Part shown: positions 11,922 through 24,074 of the stretch, one piece after another
Layout: the number at the start of each line of letters is the position of its first letter
Position numbering within the stretch: the stretch's first letter is position 1
Assembly: GCA_036172245.1 (NCBI GenBank)
Contig: JAYWIR010000015.1
Coordinates: 1,798,001-1,862,000 of the forward strand
Direction: 5' to 3'
Source: Raillietiella orientalis
Lineage: Eukaryota
DNA length: 64,000 bases
Position numbers and translations under genes: made by a program
The notes under the pieces: model-generated
Database searches by the model: none
The model's input: only the letters and a program-made list of their open reading frames with translations
What the model was told of the DNA's origin: nothing

Positions 11922-14300
11922 GGTCACCTTAGGGAATTTATTCAAATTAAATAAATGAATGTGCACCTTGGGCGCGCGAGTCAACCCGCAGGCCGGTAGC
12001 TGAGAGAAAAACGCGCTAGGTAAGGAGACATTAAGAAGTAGAGAAGGGGATAAAAATAAATAAATACATGACGCGGGGGGACAAATGCTTGCCGTCTTCG
12101 GAGCAAGGGATAATGGGTCGGTGGGAGAGAGAAAGGAGGGTCACCGATTTCCTGTCTTCCGTCTTTCACACAGTCTCTCCTCAATCCGGACGAAATTCTC
12201 CTTGATTCCGGGGAGGCCATCTTGCTACTTTCCTTCTCGTGGATAGGAGGAAGTGGATGCCTCTTCCTCTGGTACTACTGCTGCTGCTTCTCCAGCTCGT
12301 GGAGATTGGTGACTGCTTCTCGGATGCTGCGCATCATCATTAGCGGTCCGGCGGACGTTTTTTTTTTGCGGCGCAAACAGCCGCTGAAGAAGCTGTCAAG
12401 GGAGTCCATCCGATCTGCGGGAGGGCTGCTGCCACTCGCTGCCATCCATTGAAGAGAAAGTCACAGTCCAAAAGCAGCAGTGAGGGCCCCTTGATCTTCC
12501 TGGATGAAACAGTGGTCTGCATCATTCTCCTGGACAGCTCAGTGCTTCCCCTTCAGTGGTAACTGGCAGTAAACACCCTTCCTGCACTGGAATTGACTGG
12601 CCTTCCCATCGAAGCAGGCGCCACACAGGAGAGGAAGCCGGGTGGAAGCTGCTGATGGGTTCATCCATGTCCCTCTGACTCGTCTCCTCTGGCTCTTTCC
12701 GGCGCCGCAGGCGCAGCAGGAGGAGGAAGAGACGTCGGGTCGGCAAGACCCTGACAGAGCTTCGAATGGGCACACAGCATTGCGTGTTGCCACACCCTCG
12801 TCCACGCGAGTCCATCGTGCCTCTAGGCACCACGGAAGTAAGAACGCTGGGAAAAATTCATGCCCGAAGCAATCGAGGAGGAGGAGCTGCGTGAATCCGG
12901 CGGGACATCCCAAGCGTATCGAGCACTCTTGGACAGCGGACGGGAGGGCTCCCGGTCGAATAAAGGTGGAGGCGAACGAGACGGACCCGGAGCCACTGTC
13001 GGGGGATGTGCGCCCGACCGGAACGCGGAGGGAGGATCCGCCTGCGGTCTACATGCGCTCCGGAGCGAGGAGGCGCGGCACCACCTCTCGGAGGAGAGCC
13101 CAAGTCGGACACCTGCCATGGGGCAGCGTTTCGGTGCCGCCGCCTCCACAGCCCATTCCTCCGGGAGCAGCACGGATCGTGCGAGCGCCTGTTGACCGGG
13201 CGTTCTCAAAGTCACTGCCGGGTACATGCAGCTCCGATAGCTCCTGGTATGAATATTTCCCAGCGTTCTTCCGGCTGTGACGCCTGAAGACCACCAGTGT
13301 TTGTGCTGCCCATCTCTAAGCCGGGAGAGAATCGCTGCGGACACGAAGACGCAGCTGCCCAGTTGGAGAGAGGGCAGCCCGGAGGGGTGGTTGGTTTCCC
13401 AAGCAGCGGTCACTCCTGGACGAGGGGAAGGAGTGGGCTCTTGTCGACAGTCCGCCTTTCTGGAACCCCACTGCAGGTCTGGCAGACCCAGGACGGAGCA
13501 AGAGGGGGGGGTTTATGCCACGGACGGACTCTCTCGTTCGCTAGTGGTTAGCACAGTGGGTTTCCCGCGGCAGGTCGGGGTAGCAGGCGCACCAGGACAC
13601 GAACACGCTTTGGAAGTCCTCGGTAGGGAATCTCTGCTCCTTCCTCCTGGGTACCGGGAAACTTCCTGTAAGATGGCCCCAATTCGCGCGCTTAGTTTCC
13701 ATCTCGAGGCGGTCCAATCGCGCTCTCTGCGGACTGATCTTGAGGCGGCGCTGGCCGAGAGAGGCCCCAGGAGGCGAGAGGAAGAGAGGAGCGCCAGTCT
13801 GCAAGCCGTGGAGCCCCAAGGAAGATCCTCCCGGGCGTTCTAATCGTCCGCAAGCTGGAGGTGAACCTCTGCCGTCGTACTGCGGTCGACCATGAACTCC
13901 CTGGCCGTCACCTCGGGAGATTCAGACGACCTGGGTTCGACGAGACGACTGGCATCCTTCTGCTCATGTGCTTCCTGTTTCGCAGCCGAGGAGATCTGCA
14001 TAAAGAGGAAGATGGGTGGAGGTTGGCAGGCGATTCCGAGAGGAGCCAAGACTCCAGCGAGCCGTAGAGCGTGGGTTGCAGGTGGCAGCGCGGAGCCAAG
14101 GTGCTGCAGCTGACGCTCGAAGGCGTTCTTCAGACAGAGAGAGCAGACGGGATCCTCAATTTTCCTGACACAAGTGTCTGGACATTCCGCGCGAACTGCT
14201 CCCTTTTCGGGACGATCTGCAGCATCTTTTCTCATCAATTCGACGGTAGCCGCGTTTGATCCGAACAGAGAGAGCTGGCAAACTGCGCTCTCCTGAACGT
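11922..14300 (-). mobile_element. L1/Tx1-like lineage Y ORF2 pseudogene, RT to 3' end (copy Y2)
   Basis: 'SLCLKNAFERQ' (D..KAFD), 'GIACQPPPIFLF' (QG.PLS..LF position), 'HLQLADD' and 'VLGLPDL'. The 3' part is homologous to 24075-24450. AATAAA (minus strand) lies at 11937-11942. Confidence 0.75.
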
Positions 14301-14789
14301 TCTCGGCGTTACCGTCTCCTGTGGCGACAACGCTTCCCTCTCCATCGTCTACGAGAGAGAGGATGAAGGGAAAATTCTCCGGAGCGCGATCACGTTTGCT
14401 TCCTCAGAGAGTGGAAAAGAAAGGCAACGCTCGGATCCTAACGCCTCCATCACACCCTCCTCGCGCCAGCAATCCGGAGTCCCTGACGCGACGAAATGCT
14501 GACTGGCTCTTTATTTCTCTGGATGCTCCTCCTTTCGAACGGCAAGAATGAAAAACTCGGGAAGGGGAGGAAGGGGAGAGGATACTTGCTCATTCTTAGC
14601 TGCGATCCTACTCACGGAGTCTGCGCTTCTTATCACCTTTTTTTCCTTCTGATTCGAGGTCATCACCAACTGCCACGAGACTTCAGTGTACGGCTTGGTC
14701 AGAGTCCTGTGAACACTTGCCTATCTTTCCTTGCTTCTGGGCGCGCTGATCGCAGTTTGCAGCTCTCTGATTTTGTTCTGAGTGACCTC

Positions 14790-16050
14790 GAGAGGGAAGA
14801 GGTCTACGGTTGACGAGTTACCTGGAGGTGTGTCCTTCGAAATTCCTCCCGACCTTTCCTTCTGGAAAGAGAACCGCGTCACAGCAGGGCGCATGCACGC
14901 CAAGCCGAGGCTAGTCACGTGATTCTCATAAAGCCAAATTTGCCAACTGATCTCGAAGGGGATGGACGTCCAAGAAGTAACCATGGATGCATGGACATTT
15001 GTCAATAAAAGAGCCAGCCTACTCATCAAGAAATCAATGAGAAGTGCCGGTCTGGCACGTGAGCACATAAGACATACGATCGGAACGTCTTGGCTAACGC
15101 AACTTCTTCTACGAGACCTAAAACTTCTCTTTATACGGCTGCTCTAAACTGTTTCAGAACTGGCAAGGTCCATCCTGAGGGGCGTTGCGTTTGTTTGAAT
15201 ATCAGAAAAATTTTGTACTCGCAGGGGCCCACGGAGTAATGACGAAAGCATCCGGGAAGTCACGGAAGAAGTCGAGTGACAGCAGAGGAGGTTTCAGGGA
15301 GAATCATCTGAGGTCGCATTAGGTGTCCGCGCGGTACACGAAAGAGAAGATCACCTCTGGCCCGCTCACGATTCAAGGCAAGGCATTCCGAGCATCCCTC
15401 GCCACGTAACGCTAGGTTCAAGAGAAGACAAGCGTCGGGAATCACCGCAGGTCTCAACACCGTCGGTTCGCGGATTGCAGGTCCATCCGTGCGGCGGCAC
15501 GACTCGACCTTCCTGACCGTGCACACAGCGCCCGCCAGGGACGGCGCTGGTCTCGGTGTGCAAACGGTGGGAGGGATGCCACGTTACGCCCCCCTCGACG
15601 GACGTGTCGACTACCGAACCGCCCGATTATCGCGGAGAGGCACAGGGAGCTGGTGACCCGGATCAAGACGGGGCATTGTGCCCGGAAGCGCTGGCAGTTG
15701 GAAGCCGCCAACCAAACTGTTCCGGGACTGAAGACAGGGCCGTGCAGAAGGAAGATCATCATGCTGCGCGCGTCACGTGTCCTCTTCGAAGATGCAGCGG
15801 CGGCGGCACCAAAAGAAGCGGGGGCTGGCTGTCTGCTTTGTCCCGAAGCCATCGCCCACTTCCCTGAGAGTGCTCGCTCCTGTCAGGGTACCTGGAATCC
15901 GGGAATACAGCCAATGGCGAAGTGCTGAAAGAGCAGGAAATTTCGGATGGACAGGTGTGGCCCACCAGAAGGGAGGTGGTGTGCTCACACGTCCCAGCGC
16001 CTCGGAAGATGTCCAGGAACACGAAGAGGAGCAGATACTGGAGCCTCCCT
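14790..16050 (+). mobile_element. NeSL/Utopia-like RLE retrotransposon 3' region (lineage Z)
   Basis: Mixed frames give 'ERHRELVTRIK', 'ANQTV', 'VTCP(L)FEDAAAA' and 'GTWNP', matching the RH..IV / ENQ / DVTCPFE / GSWDP order of NeSL-clade C-termini. Homologous to 33290-35100. Confidence 0.7.
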
Positions 16051-16449
16051 GTGCTCTTGTTCCCGGTATTTGCTCTATTGGTAGGATCTCTGAGGCAAGG
16101 GATCCGGTTCATAACTGTATTTCCTCAAGGATTAGAAGATCCCACAAAGGCGATCCGACCACCTGAGCAAGGAAACATACAGTTTTCAGAAGCATCCAGC
16201 ACTCCCGCTCCATCTTTGGGGGCGTCGCATGAATCGTCTTCGGTAGTTATCCGTCCATGTCACACCACAAGAGGTTATCAGACTCGGCAGCTTCACGTTT
16301 AGAAGATGGAGCTACAGTTCGAGTTCAGGTCCGTGAACTTAACGGTCTGATCTGGACTGGATGCTCACGACATTCTGCGGCGCGTGCGCGGTTGCGAGAG
16401 AATGGCGTCGTTGCTACCTGGCAACCGAGAGCGCATGAAGGCGCTCGGA

Positions 16450-17480
16450 TTTCCGCTGAGACGGGTCGTAGCTACCTTTTGAGAAGAGCACCCGTGGATC
16501 TCTTGCCGCCTCTCAAACTACAACGCTTGGTGGCAGGAAGCGGTTGGAACCTGGAACCGCATAATGCGCACTGATAACTCTTACCTACATCCTGGGAGGA
16601 GTCTCCTCGGAAGAAGTGGAAAGGGACCGAAAGAAGTGGTCCCAAGCCACTGCCAGCCCCATAGCCGCAGCTCTGTCCTCCCTACGAGCGACAAGGACGG
16701 TTGTCGACCGGCAGGGTGGATCACTGCGTGCTCTGTAGCCGGAGGGACGAAACTGATGGACCGATTGGCTGATAGGGTGACACCCGGTGACCGCGCGCTG
16801 AAGAAAGAAGCTCCGCTGGGGATCTTGACCCCTTCTTTCTGTATGGACAGGGCCGTGCTCTCCCTCGGGTGGCAGTACGAGGAGGCTTTGCCGCTCGCGC
16901 ACTTCCCGTGCAACCAGCGGCGGCTTTGCTGAAAGGAGGGGAGGGAAGAGCACCTCTTCTGGAGTGCGCCCACTGCGGGGAAGTGGGGACTGACCAGCGC
17001 GCCCGCTGCTGGGAAACGGCGAGCTTCGGGGAGTGCGGAAACGTCTCTCGGCTGCCCCGCCTCGACTCGATCACCCCCCCACAAGGGTGCTGCTCCCTGC
17101 GAGCCAAATACTTCCGCCTGCTTCCCTGTGCTGCGTCAGGGGTGTCCCGGAACGCACCGAAGCTGCTTTAGTAAGGACCGAAGGCCGTGCGCCTCGCCCA
17201 TTTAAGGATGAGGAATGCGGCCAAGTGGTCTCATCTTCAACAACGGATGTACGAGGATGCTGCCAGCACCGGTGGAACGCGGTGGCTGTGACTGATGGGT
17301 GACCTTTGTTTCTTCCTCCCTTTTTATGTATTTATCATTCTTACCCCCCCATACCTTCCCGACACTTCTGGTAGACGGTCTGCAAGTCAGTGGTCTTTTT
17401 TGTCTTCGTCCTCCTGGAAATCTCGGAACCATCCAATGGATTTATTCATCTACATTGGATATTTTCCTTTCTCCTTTGCA
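16450..17480 (+). mobile_element. L1/Tx1-like 3' fragment (lineage W, related to Y/V)
   Basis: 'HFPCNQRRLC*KEGREEHLFWS' (zf-RVT C..E..HLF.C), followed by a pyrimidine-rich UTR. Confidence 0.55.
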
Positions 17481-17647
17481 AAAGGAGTTCCCAAACTCAT
17501 CCAGGTGGAACTGGTGCGACGCTCGTCGACCATGAGGTCGTGCCTTTTGCAAGCTCCCTCTACTTGAAGGAAGCGTTGATTGGTCTTCTTTAATGGTTTA
17601 CTGCTGCTGCTGGATGGGGAGTAGAGATGTGGCAATGGAAGAAGTGG

Positions 17648-18950
17648 TTTTTTACCCGGTTGGTTATTTATTTTTTTTTTTACAAGAAAGAAACAAACAA
17701 ACAGGAGTCGGTGGGACTGTGCGTCCCACCAAGTCCGAACACTGGGGGCGCCGACGTGGTCCACATCATCACGGAGGGGTTAAGGGATTAGTAAAAAAGG
17801 GGAAAACTAAAAGTCTGCAAAAACTGGGGAGAGGGAAGGGATCTCATCCCGCGATGCATGGTCTTCTGCATCCTTTGCAGGATTTCGGCGAGTTTCTCTT
17901 GGTATCCCTGCAGGTAGTTCCACCACGTCGTGATCCGCAGGAACCGGATGGCTCCCCTGCCATGTCGTTCACTCTCGGTGTCGTTCCTGGAGGCGAAGGC
18001 TTCGCATGGGCATCACAGCGCTGAGACAGTGGCTGCTGACCGAAGAGGTTCCTTAAACAGTTTTGCGGGTTGCTCACTAGGGATAAGAGGGATAAGGAAG
18101 AGCGTTCCCGTAGTGTCTGCAGGGCAATACATGTCACTAGCAGGTGGGGGAAGGAAAGTCTCTCGCTCCCCGCACCTGGAGCACTTGGCATGGCACTCCC
18201 TCTTGTCCAGTGGTGAAGCAGCGTGGTGCACAAGGGTGCCGAATTGTACTGACTGCTGAGGCACGGGTTCTTCAGAATCACCGGGAAAATCTGCAGCTCT
18301 TCCTATAGGATGCCAAAGAGCACACACATTCTCCCAGAGAGCAAGTCTTCTGGGAGGGGTCAAGGTTGTTGCGGCATCAGAGAGCTGACACTCAGTCTAG
18401 CCAGCCAGAGGTTTCCCAGTCCCCAGGATCTCTCAGGAAATCCCCCGCTTCGCCAGTAGGCGAGTGCCATGGATCTCGAAAGTTCTCGATGCCGCTGCGG
18501 AGAAGAGGGTGGGCTCATGGGCAGGCCAATAGCTCAACTCCCGCTGCTCATTCGTGAGGTTCTTCGTCTCGGGCCGCGTTCGAACTGTCTCCTGCCGCCA
18601 GAGGCGTGAGTGTTCGTGGGCAGCAGGAGATCCACCGGTGTGCTCTTGCGAGGTTGATCGCTGTTAGGTTCCGGCAGCTGCGAGAAAGCAGGATTGCTCG
18701 TCATTCGCAGCCAGGCCGCCGCTCCCCGGGCGAGCCAGACGTGTCGGGACGCACCAGCGGGTGGTGCAATACTTGACCAGCAAGGCTAGTCTCTTATATT
18801 GAAGCTGAAGATCCATTCGCTCCAGCGTTCAGGATTCCAAGCCTTCCTCCCCGACGCAGAAATGGTGGCAAACACGGCTAACGAGCGAAGTGGGCAAAAG
18901 GAAAACTTTATCATCTTTACTCATGGAGGTGTAGGCTCCAAAGAATAGTC
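17648..18950 (-). mobile_element. L1/Tx1-like lineage V 3' fragment
   Basis: 'KCSRCGERETF' / 'PHLLVTCIAL' (zf-RVT). Terminus AATAAA-TAACCAACC-GGGTAAAAAA on the minus strand at 17648-17672. Confidence 0.75.
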
Positions 18951-19799
18951 TTCAGGAAGCGAAAGGGCATGGATGAATCCAGTCGGCTTTCTCGGCCACG
19001 CACTGCAGATGAGGCGGAATCCAGGACCTACCTGGTCTAAGCATACCAGTCGCTCTTACTATATATAGTAGGCCATCTAGGACTTGCGTCGGTTGAGCGC
19101 TCTTTGGTGGACTTCCTTAAGAACCGACCTGCGTGCCAGTGGTCATTCCCAGCAAACTTCTTTTTATTCTTCTGGGGAACTAAGTTTCGAACTTATGAGT
19201 TCATTTCTAAGTAAATGCCTTGGTGTGACCAGTGAACACAGTCCAGAAGTTTCTGGTGTTTGCAATGTGAAGTCGGTCGTGTGTGTGTGTGTTTTTTTTA
19301 ATGCCAGAGATGGCGTGAGTCTGCTGAGAGAAGGAACCAAGTCAGCAGCAGCAGCAACGCCGTGCTGAACGCCACGAACTCGTACCAGGTCGACACACAC
19401 ACGCACCGCCGAGTAAACACAGGAACGAAGACACACTCCAGGAGCAGACACAACAGAGCGGGTGCGAGGAAGCACGCTGGAGGAAGAGGGGAACGGAAGG
19501 CCTGCAGACCGGAAACCACAGCAAAACAAACACCGAAAAGTAGGTTTTTTCTGAATGAAGGAAAGGGAAAGCTGGAATGCCTCTCGGTGGTCAGCTGGAG
19601 GCAAGTCGTTCGGCTCACTTGCAAAGATCCAGGACTGACTCCACGACTGCTGATGGACACTCTCTGGCTAATGGCAGGCAGAAGGTTCCTCTCTGTCAAG
19701 GAAAACCATTCAGTGGTAGTGGCTTTGCTATCTGGTGTGAGGTAATGGATAAAAGAGAAGTCCTTTACCGGTCCTCTGCGCCTCGCGGCATTGCACGCG

Positions 19800-21040
19800 T
19801 TCCGCTCTAAGCCTAACGTGTTGTGTTCCCCTCTCTGGGGGGACTGGTCAGTGATCTGGCTGCAGGGTCCGTAACCCTGCACGAGGGGGAAGCGGCTGCC
19901 ATAGACTACAGGTCGGCGCAGAATGTGTCGGCCTATGGTATCCAGGGGAAGCCGAAACCGTGCGGCGACCGCAATAGAACACGGCACCTGAAGAGAAGGT
20001 GTCTTGAAATAACTCGCCCCCTCTGCGGTCCGTTGGGTCCAGAAGGACTCGATTGCAGCTCGTTGCAGAAAATCATGAACTGCCCACAGAAGACCACATG
20101 AGAGCAGAACACCCCACTTGCGGTCACGCTGGACACCATGCTACAAAGTGGAAATAGAGATGCGCCCACAAGATGGGAAGTATCTTGTGAGATCTCGGGA
20201 AAAAAGGAACAACCGGGATGCTGGGTCAATTGGCTGGTGCATGCATTTTCATTGCTTTCCTCAAGGGAATTCGTCGCTCTGTGTAACTCCTGGACATTCT
20301 TTCTGAAGAGGCAGGAATACCCCAGTGCTTGTGGAAGCGGCAGAACTTGGCATGCAGATGTTGCACTGGGCGATCCCATGCAACGCGAGAGTCCACCAGT
20401 GGACGAGAGAGAGGGTCGCCCCAGACTGTGCCAGGTGAGGGGAAAGGGAAACCATCCCGCACCTGTTGTTGGATTATGTTGCTTCCCTGAGTGTCAGGGA
20501 ACGCTTCGCTGAGGCTTTTCCACTCTCGATGGGCAACGATGGAGTGTTCTTGCAGTGCCTCTTCGCGCGCGACTCCATGTCGCCTGAAGTTTCCCTTACA
20601 GCTCCGTGCGGCCTTCGTGGGATCGCGGCGGCGAGAGGCCGCCCAGAAAAGGCCAGTCCGAAGGTGAGGTCATCCCAGTCGCCTGCTCCTTCACGAGGAA
20701 GGCGGCGAGAAGATGATCGCACTTCTGCCAACAAAAAGAGAAAGTTGCCAAAATCCTCCAGAGGGTGCTGAAGACTCCAGGAAGAAATATGTATTCCCAT
20801 CCCCCCCAACATATTTTTAAACTGAACCTCTTTGTTTTTCTGTTTTTTGGTTATTCCTTCTTTCCCTCCTCCTGTGCGGACCTCATCGGGGGAGCTGCTC
20901 ACGAGAAGCAGCACCTCTGAAACATTTCCCTTCTCAGTGGTGATGTAAAGCCACTACGAAGAAAGACATTTTCTTATATTTTATGACTTTTTGTAAATAA
21001 CTTTTTTACAATAAAGCCCCAGAGTGACCGGCAGAAATAA
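19800..21040 (+). mobile_element. L1/Tx1-like lineage V 3' fragment
   Basis: 'LHWAIPCNA' and 'PDCAR*GERETIPHLLLD'. Terminus AATAAA (21010-21015)-GCCCCAGAGTGACC-GG. Confidence 0.75.
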
Positions 21041-22620
21041 AGGGCTCGCTCTCGAATTCCCTGTAGTGAAATCGAGAAAGAGAGCCGCGCGGAGAGTGGA
21101 TCTCAGTTCAGGTGGAGCGCCGTGCCACGTTACCATCTTGAGGGGAAGCGGAGGAAGAGCATGGAAGTGTCCAGACTCAGGAAGGGGACGAAAAGCTCTC
21201 CCGGGCGCACACGCAAAGTTTCATCCCACAGTTCTCTGCAGTTCCTTCGCCTGGAAGCAGAGAGTGACCGCGTTGGCCAGCGTTTTGGAGGTGCATCCGC
21301 CTAGGGGACTGCAACCCTAGGCCTGCAGAGCTCCCATTTTTCCAGCTGGCAGCTGCCTCTGCTTTTCCACAGATAAGATGGCTCTGAGGTCAAAATTGCG
21401 GTGTATGCGCGGGTCCCTTTCGTTGCTTCCTCGGCAATCTTCCGCAGAGACATCCTGTCGAACTGTTCGACCGGGACGGGATCTCCCAGGCTGGTGCTGG
21501 TCGGCCGAGCTCAAGTATCCACAGATCTCCGCTTCCAAGCGTGAGAGTTCGAAAGGGAGGTAGAAGATCCATCTGCAGGTTTCCAGCGGGAAGGCGAGCT
21601 ACTCCGGGGAACATCCCAAGAGTTTCATCCATTTCAGGTTGCGGGATAGGAAGGGCGCGAGTCCCTCGAAATCAGTCTCTTGCTGTAGGACGTAGCGAGA
21701 GGAAAGGCATCATTGCTGATTTCATGCCTTCTCTGTGAGGGCAGATGCAGGCGCTGCGTAAGCCTCAAGGATGCTGCTTCCCATGAAGGAATTCCTGACT
21801 GGCTATCCTCCGGATGGAGAGAATGGAGCTGCTGCTCGACCCTTGTCCTTTGGCTCCCTATTATTTTTTATTTTGTTTTCTCGTTCCCCACTCCCTCTCG
21901 CCCGTAACTTCCTTGTTTTTTTTTTGCTTTCATCTCGGCGCATCTAGAGCGCCGACGCCGGCATCGCGCCATGCCGTGCCGGCTGCTTCCGCAGGCGAGT
22001 CGCTCTGCGGAGGCACGCTCCTTTGCGGACTCCTCCTTCCGTGGCGGTTGCTCCGTCGGACTGCTGCTACCCATGGCAACCAGCGCCACTCACCGGTTGC
22101 GACTAGCTCGGCGGCGCTTCTTCCTCTTCGCTGCTCCTACGCATTTGAGGAGGCACCAGTGCTCGAGCAAGGCGGACTGCTCACTCGTTGAAGGTCCGAG
22201 AATGGATTGAGGTCATTCCGCCTTCTTGGCCTCTCAAATTGTTTGCCTCGCCGCAAGGTGGGACTCCTCCTTCCCTCTCCCTGCAGGAGCGGCAGCTATC
22301 CTGAAGCAATGGGAGTGGTGGCTGCTGGTTACCGCAGTGGACATCAATGGCAGCTGACGATGAGGGGGAGAAGGAGGGAGGAAGGCAGGCAGAGACTCTA
22401 GAGGGAACCAGCTAGCTGCCAGATGGTTCGATGAGCCTTCCACGCGCGCACGTGGCGGTTCTCGTGGGTCTGAGATCCGCCGTCACGGTGCACGCATGAT
22501 GGTGGCACTAGGGTTCCTCTCGGCTTCTTCCTATCCAGGCGCGCAGTTGGTCACCCAACACTGCTGCTTCCTTGGAAAGCACAGAGGACAGTGCGTCTCT
22601 GAGCAACGCGATGCTTCGAT
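21040..22620 (-). mobile_element. L1-like ORF2 internal fragment, probably lineage X (copy X4)
   Basis: Bases ~22030-22490 are clearly homologous (inverted) to ~37640-38110. The segment near 21230-21390 weakly resembles the X1 GGL region (GCAGAGAACTGTGG vs GCGGAGAGGCTGTGG). Confidence 0.5.
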
Positions 22621-22689
22621 GTTGTCTCCCCCCTCCCCCAAATCGATCCTACCTATAATTCCTTGAGGACTCCTTTATCATATTCATCC

Positions 22690-24074
22690 TTTAGTTTTCT
22701 TCGTGTTCAAAAGAATTATATATAACAGATGCATCCCATATGATCAATGGCGTTACCTTCGTTATCCCCCGCTCCGAAGTGGACCCGTACTTACCACGGT
22801 TACTGGCGGTTTCTCGCTTCGCTTTTCCGGTCCCTTTCTTTGTGCATTCCGAAGACCGCATCAGGTTGGTGCGTCAATCCCTGAGGGCATTCTCCAGATC
22901 TGAGGTGCGACCAGAAGGTTTACTCCCTCCTCGACAAGAGGGAGGTCTGTAGACTCGTTCTCCTGCAAACGAATGCAGATGTGAGCATCGTTCAGGCTGT
23001 TTATCCTCGCGGAGAGGCTGTGGAACACTCGCCAGTGTGTTTCTTTGCGCATCCTGCTAAAGAATGCCGGAAACCAATGAGCATCCATTCTTCCAGGCAA
23101 CCGAGGCGAGGGCGAGGTGTGGGTCACTTGCCTAGCTTCACTGAGGTGCTGGTGGAGGAACACGGGTGCCGAACAGGAACGCCTGGAGTCCGCAATCACT
23201 AGGAACGTAGATGTGGGAGGAACGCTCTACCCGCAGCGCCATCAGCCGTCTGGGGAGACTCCTTACTCTAGGGATGCTGGCCAATGTTGGTCCATTTCCA
23301 GACTTCGTGTGACCACTGAGGATGTTATGTGTCCATTGCACTTCAATCGTTGGGATTGAGAGGACGAGGATGCTCCTGCAGCATGGGGGGTGACCTGCAA
23401 GGGCCATGAAATCCGTTGGCCAGAAGAAGGTCGCTCGCCTGGAGCACAAGGCTGCTCTGAAAGCTCCAGCTCGCGGTCCCCAGAGATGGACAAAATCTCC
23501 GTGGACTCCCTGGGAGAGCTTGGTGCTTCCTGGTCGACGTCTTCGTCTTCCCTCTTTGGTTCCAGAGGTCGGCGCTTTCTGCTGCAGTCGGCGCTCCTCC
23601 AAATCGAGGAACGCCATCACGCCTCAGCGGGGGGAGTGATCAAGGAATGCCCCCCCCCCTTCCCCTGCAGGACGGTGGGGACTCTCCCGCGCGTGCTGCT
23701 GGAAGGCAGGAGGATGCGTCAAGGATGGGAGCGCATTGCAGAGGCATGAAGCAGAGGGCGACGAAACGGACCAATCTGGGATACGGGGCGTGAGAGAGCC
23801 TTCGAGTACTTGTAGGCAGACTGATCCGAAACCGGTGAGAGCACCCCCACCCTTCCCATTTTGTCCCTGCCCTGCCCGACGCGGACCTCCGGGAATCAAG
23901 TAAAGCACCTTGAAGCCTCTCGCTTCTCCTATTTATTTATTTACTTATTTCTTGTCGCTCTCTCCTCCCTCCCTCCTAAGATCTCTCCCATGTGCGGGTC
24001 GACGACATGTCGGTCTCAAGCTGCGTTTGTTTCGCTTGGATTTATTTATTTGAAATAAATGATCGGGATGAAAA
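22690..24074 (+). mobile_element. L1/Tx1-like lineage X, 5'-truncated (copy X1)
   Basis: 'LLPPRQEGGL', 'RMLLQHG', the X 3' UTR motif at 23996-24030, AATAAA at 24054-24059, and the end ATCGGGATGAAAA at 24074. Confidence 0.7.

Noticed and set aside
19360..19560. LINE 5' UTR or internal promoter (Inr-like TCATTC on the minus strand)
   Set aside because: No clear downstream promoter element and no second copy for comparison.
21040..24074. X4 plus X1 as a single twin-primed 5'-inverted insertion
   Set aside because: The two pieces appear to overlap by several hundred bp of ORF2 and are quite diverged in the overlap.
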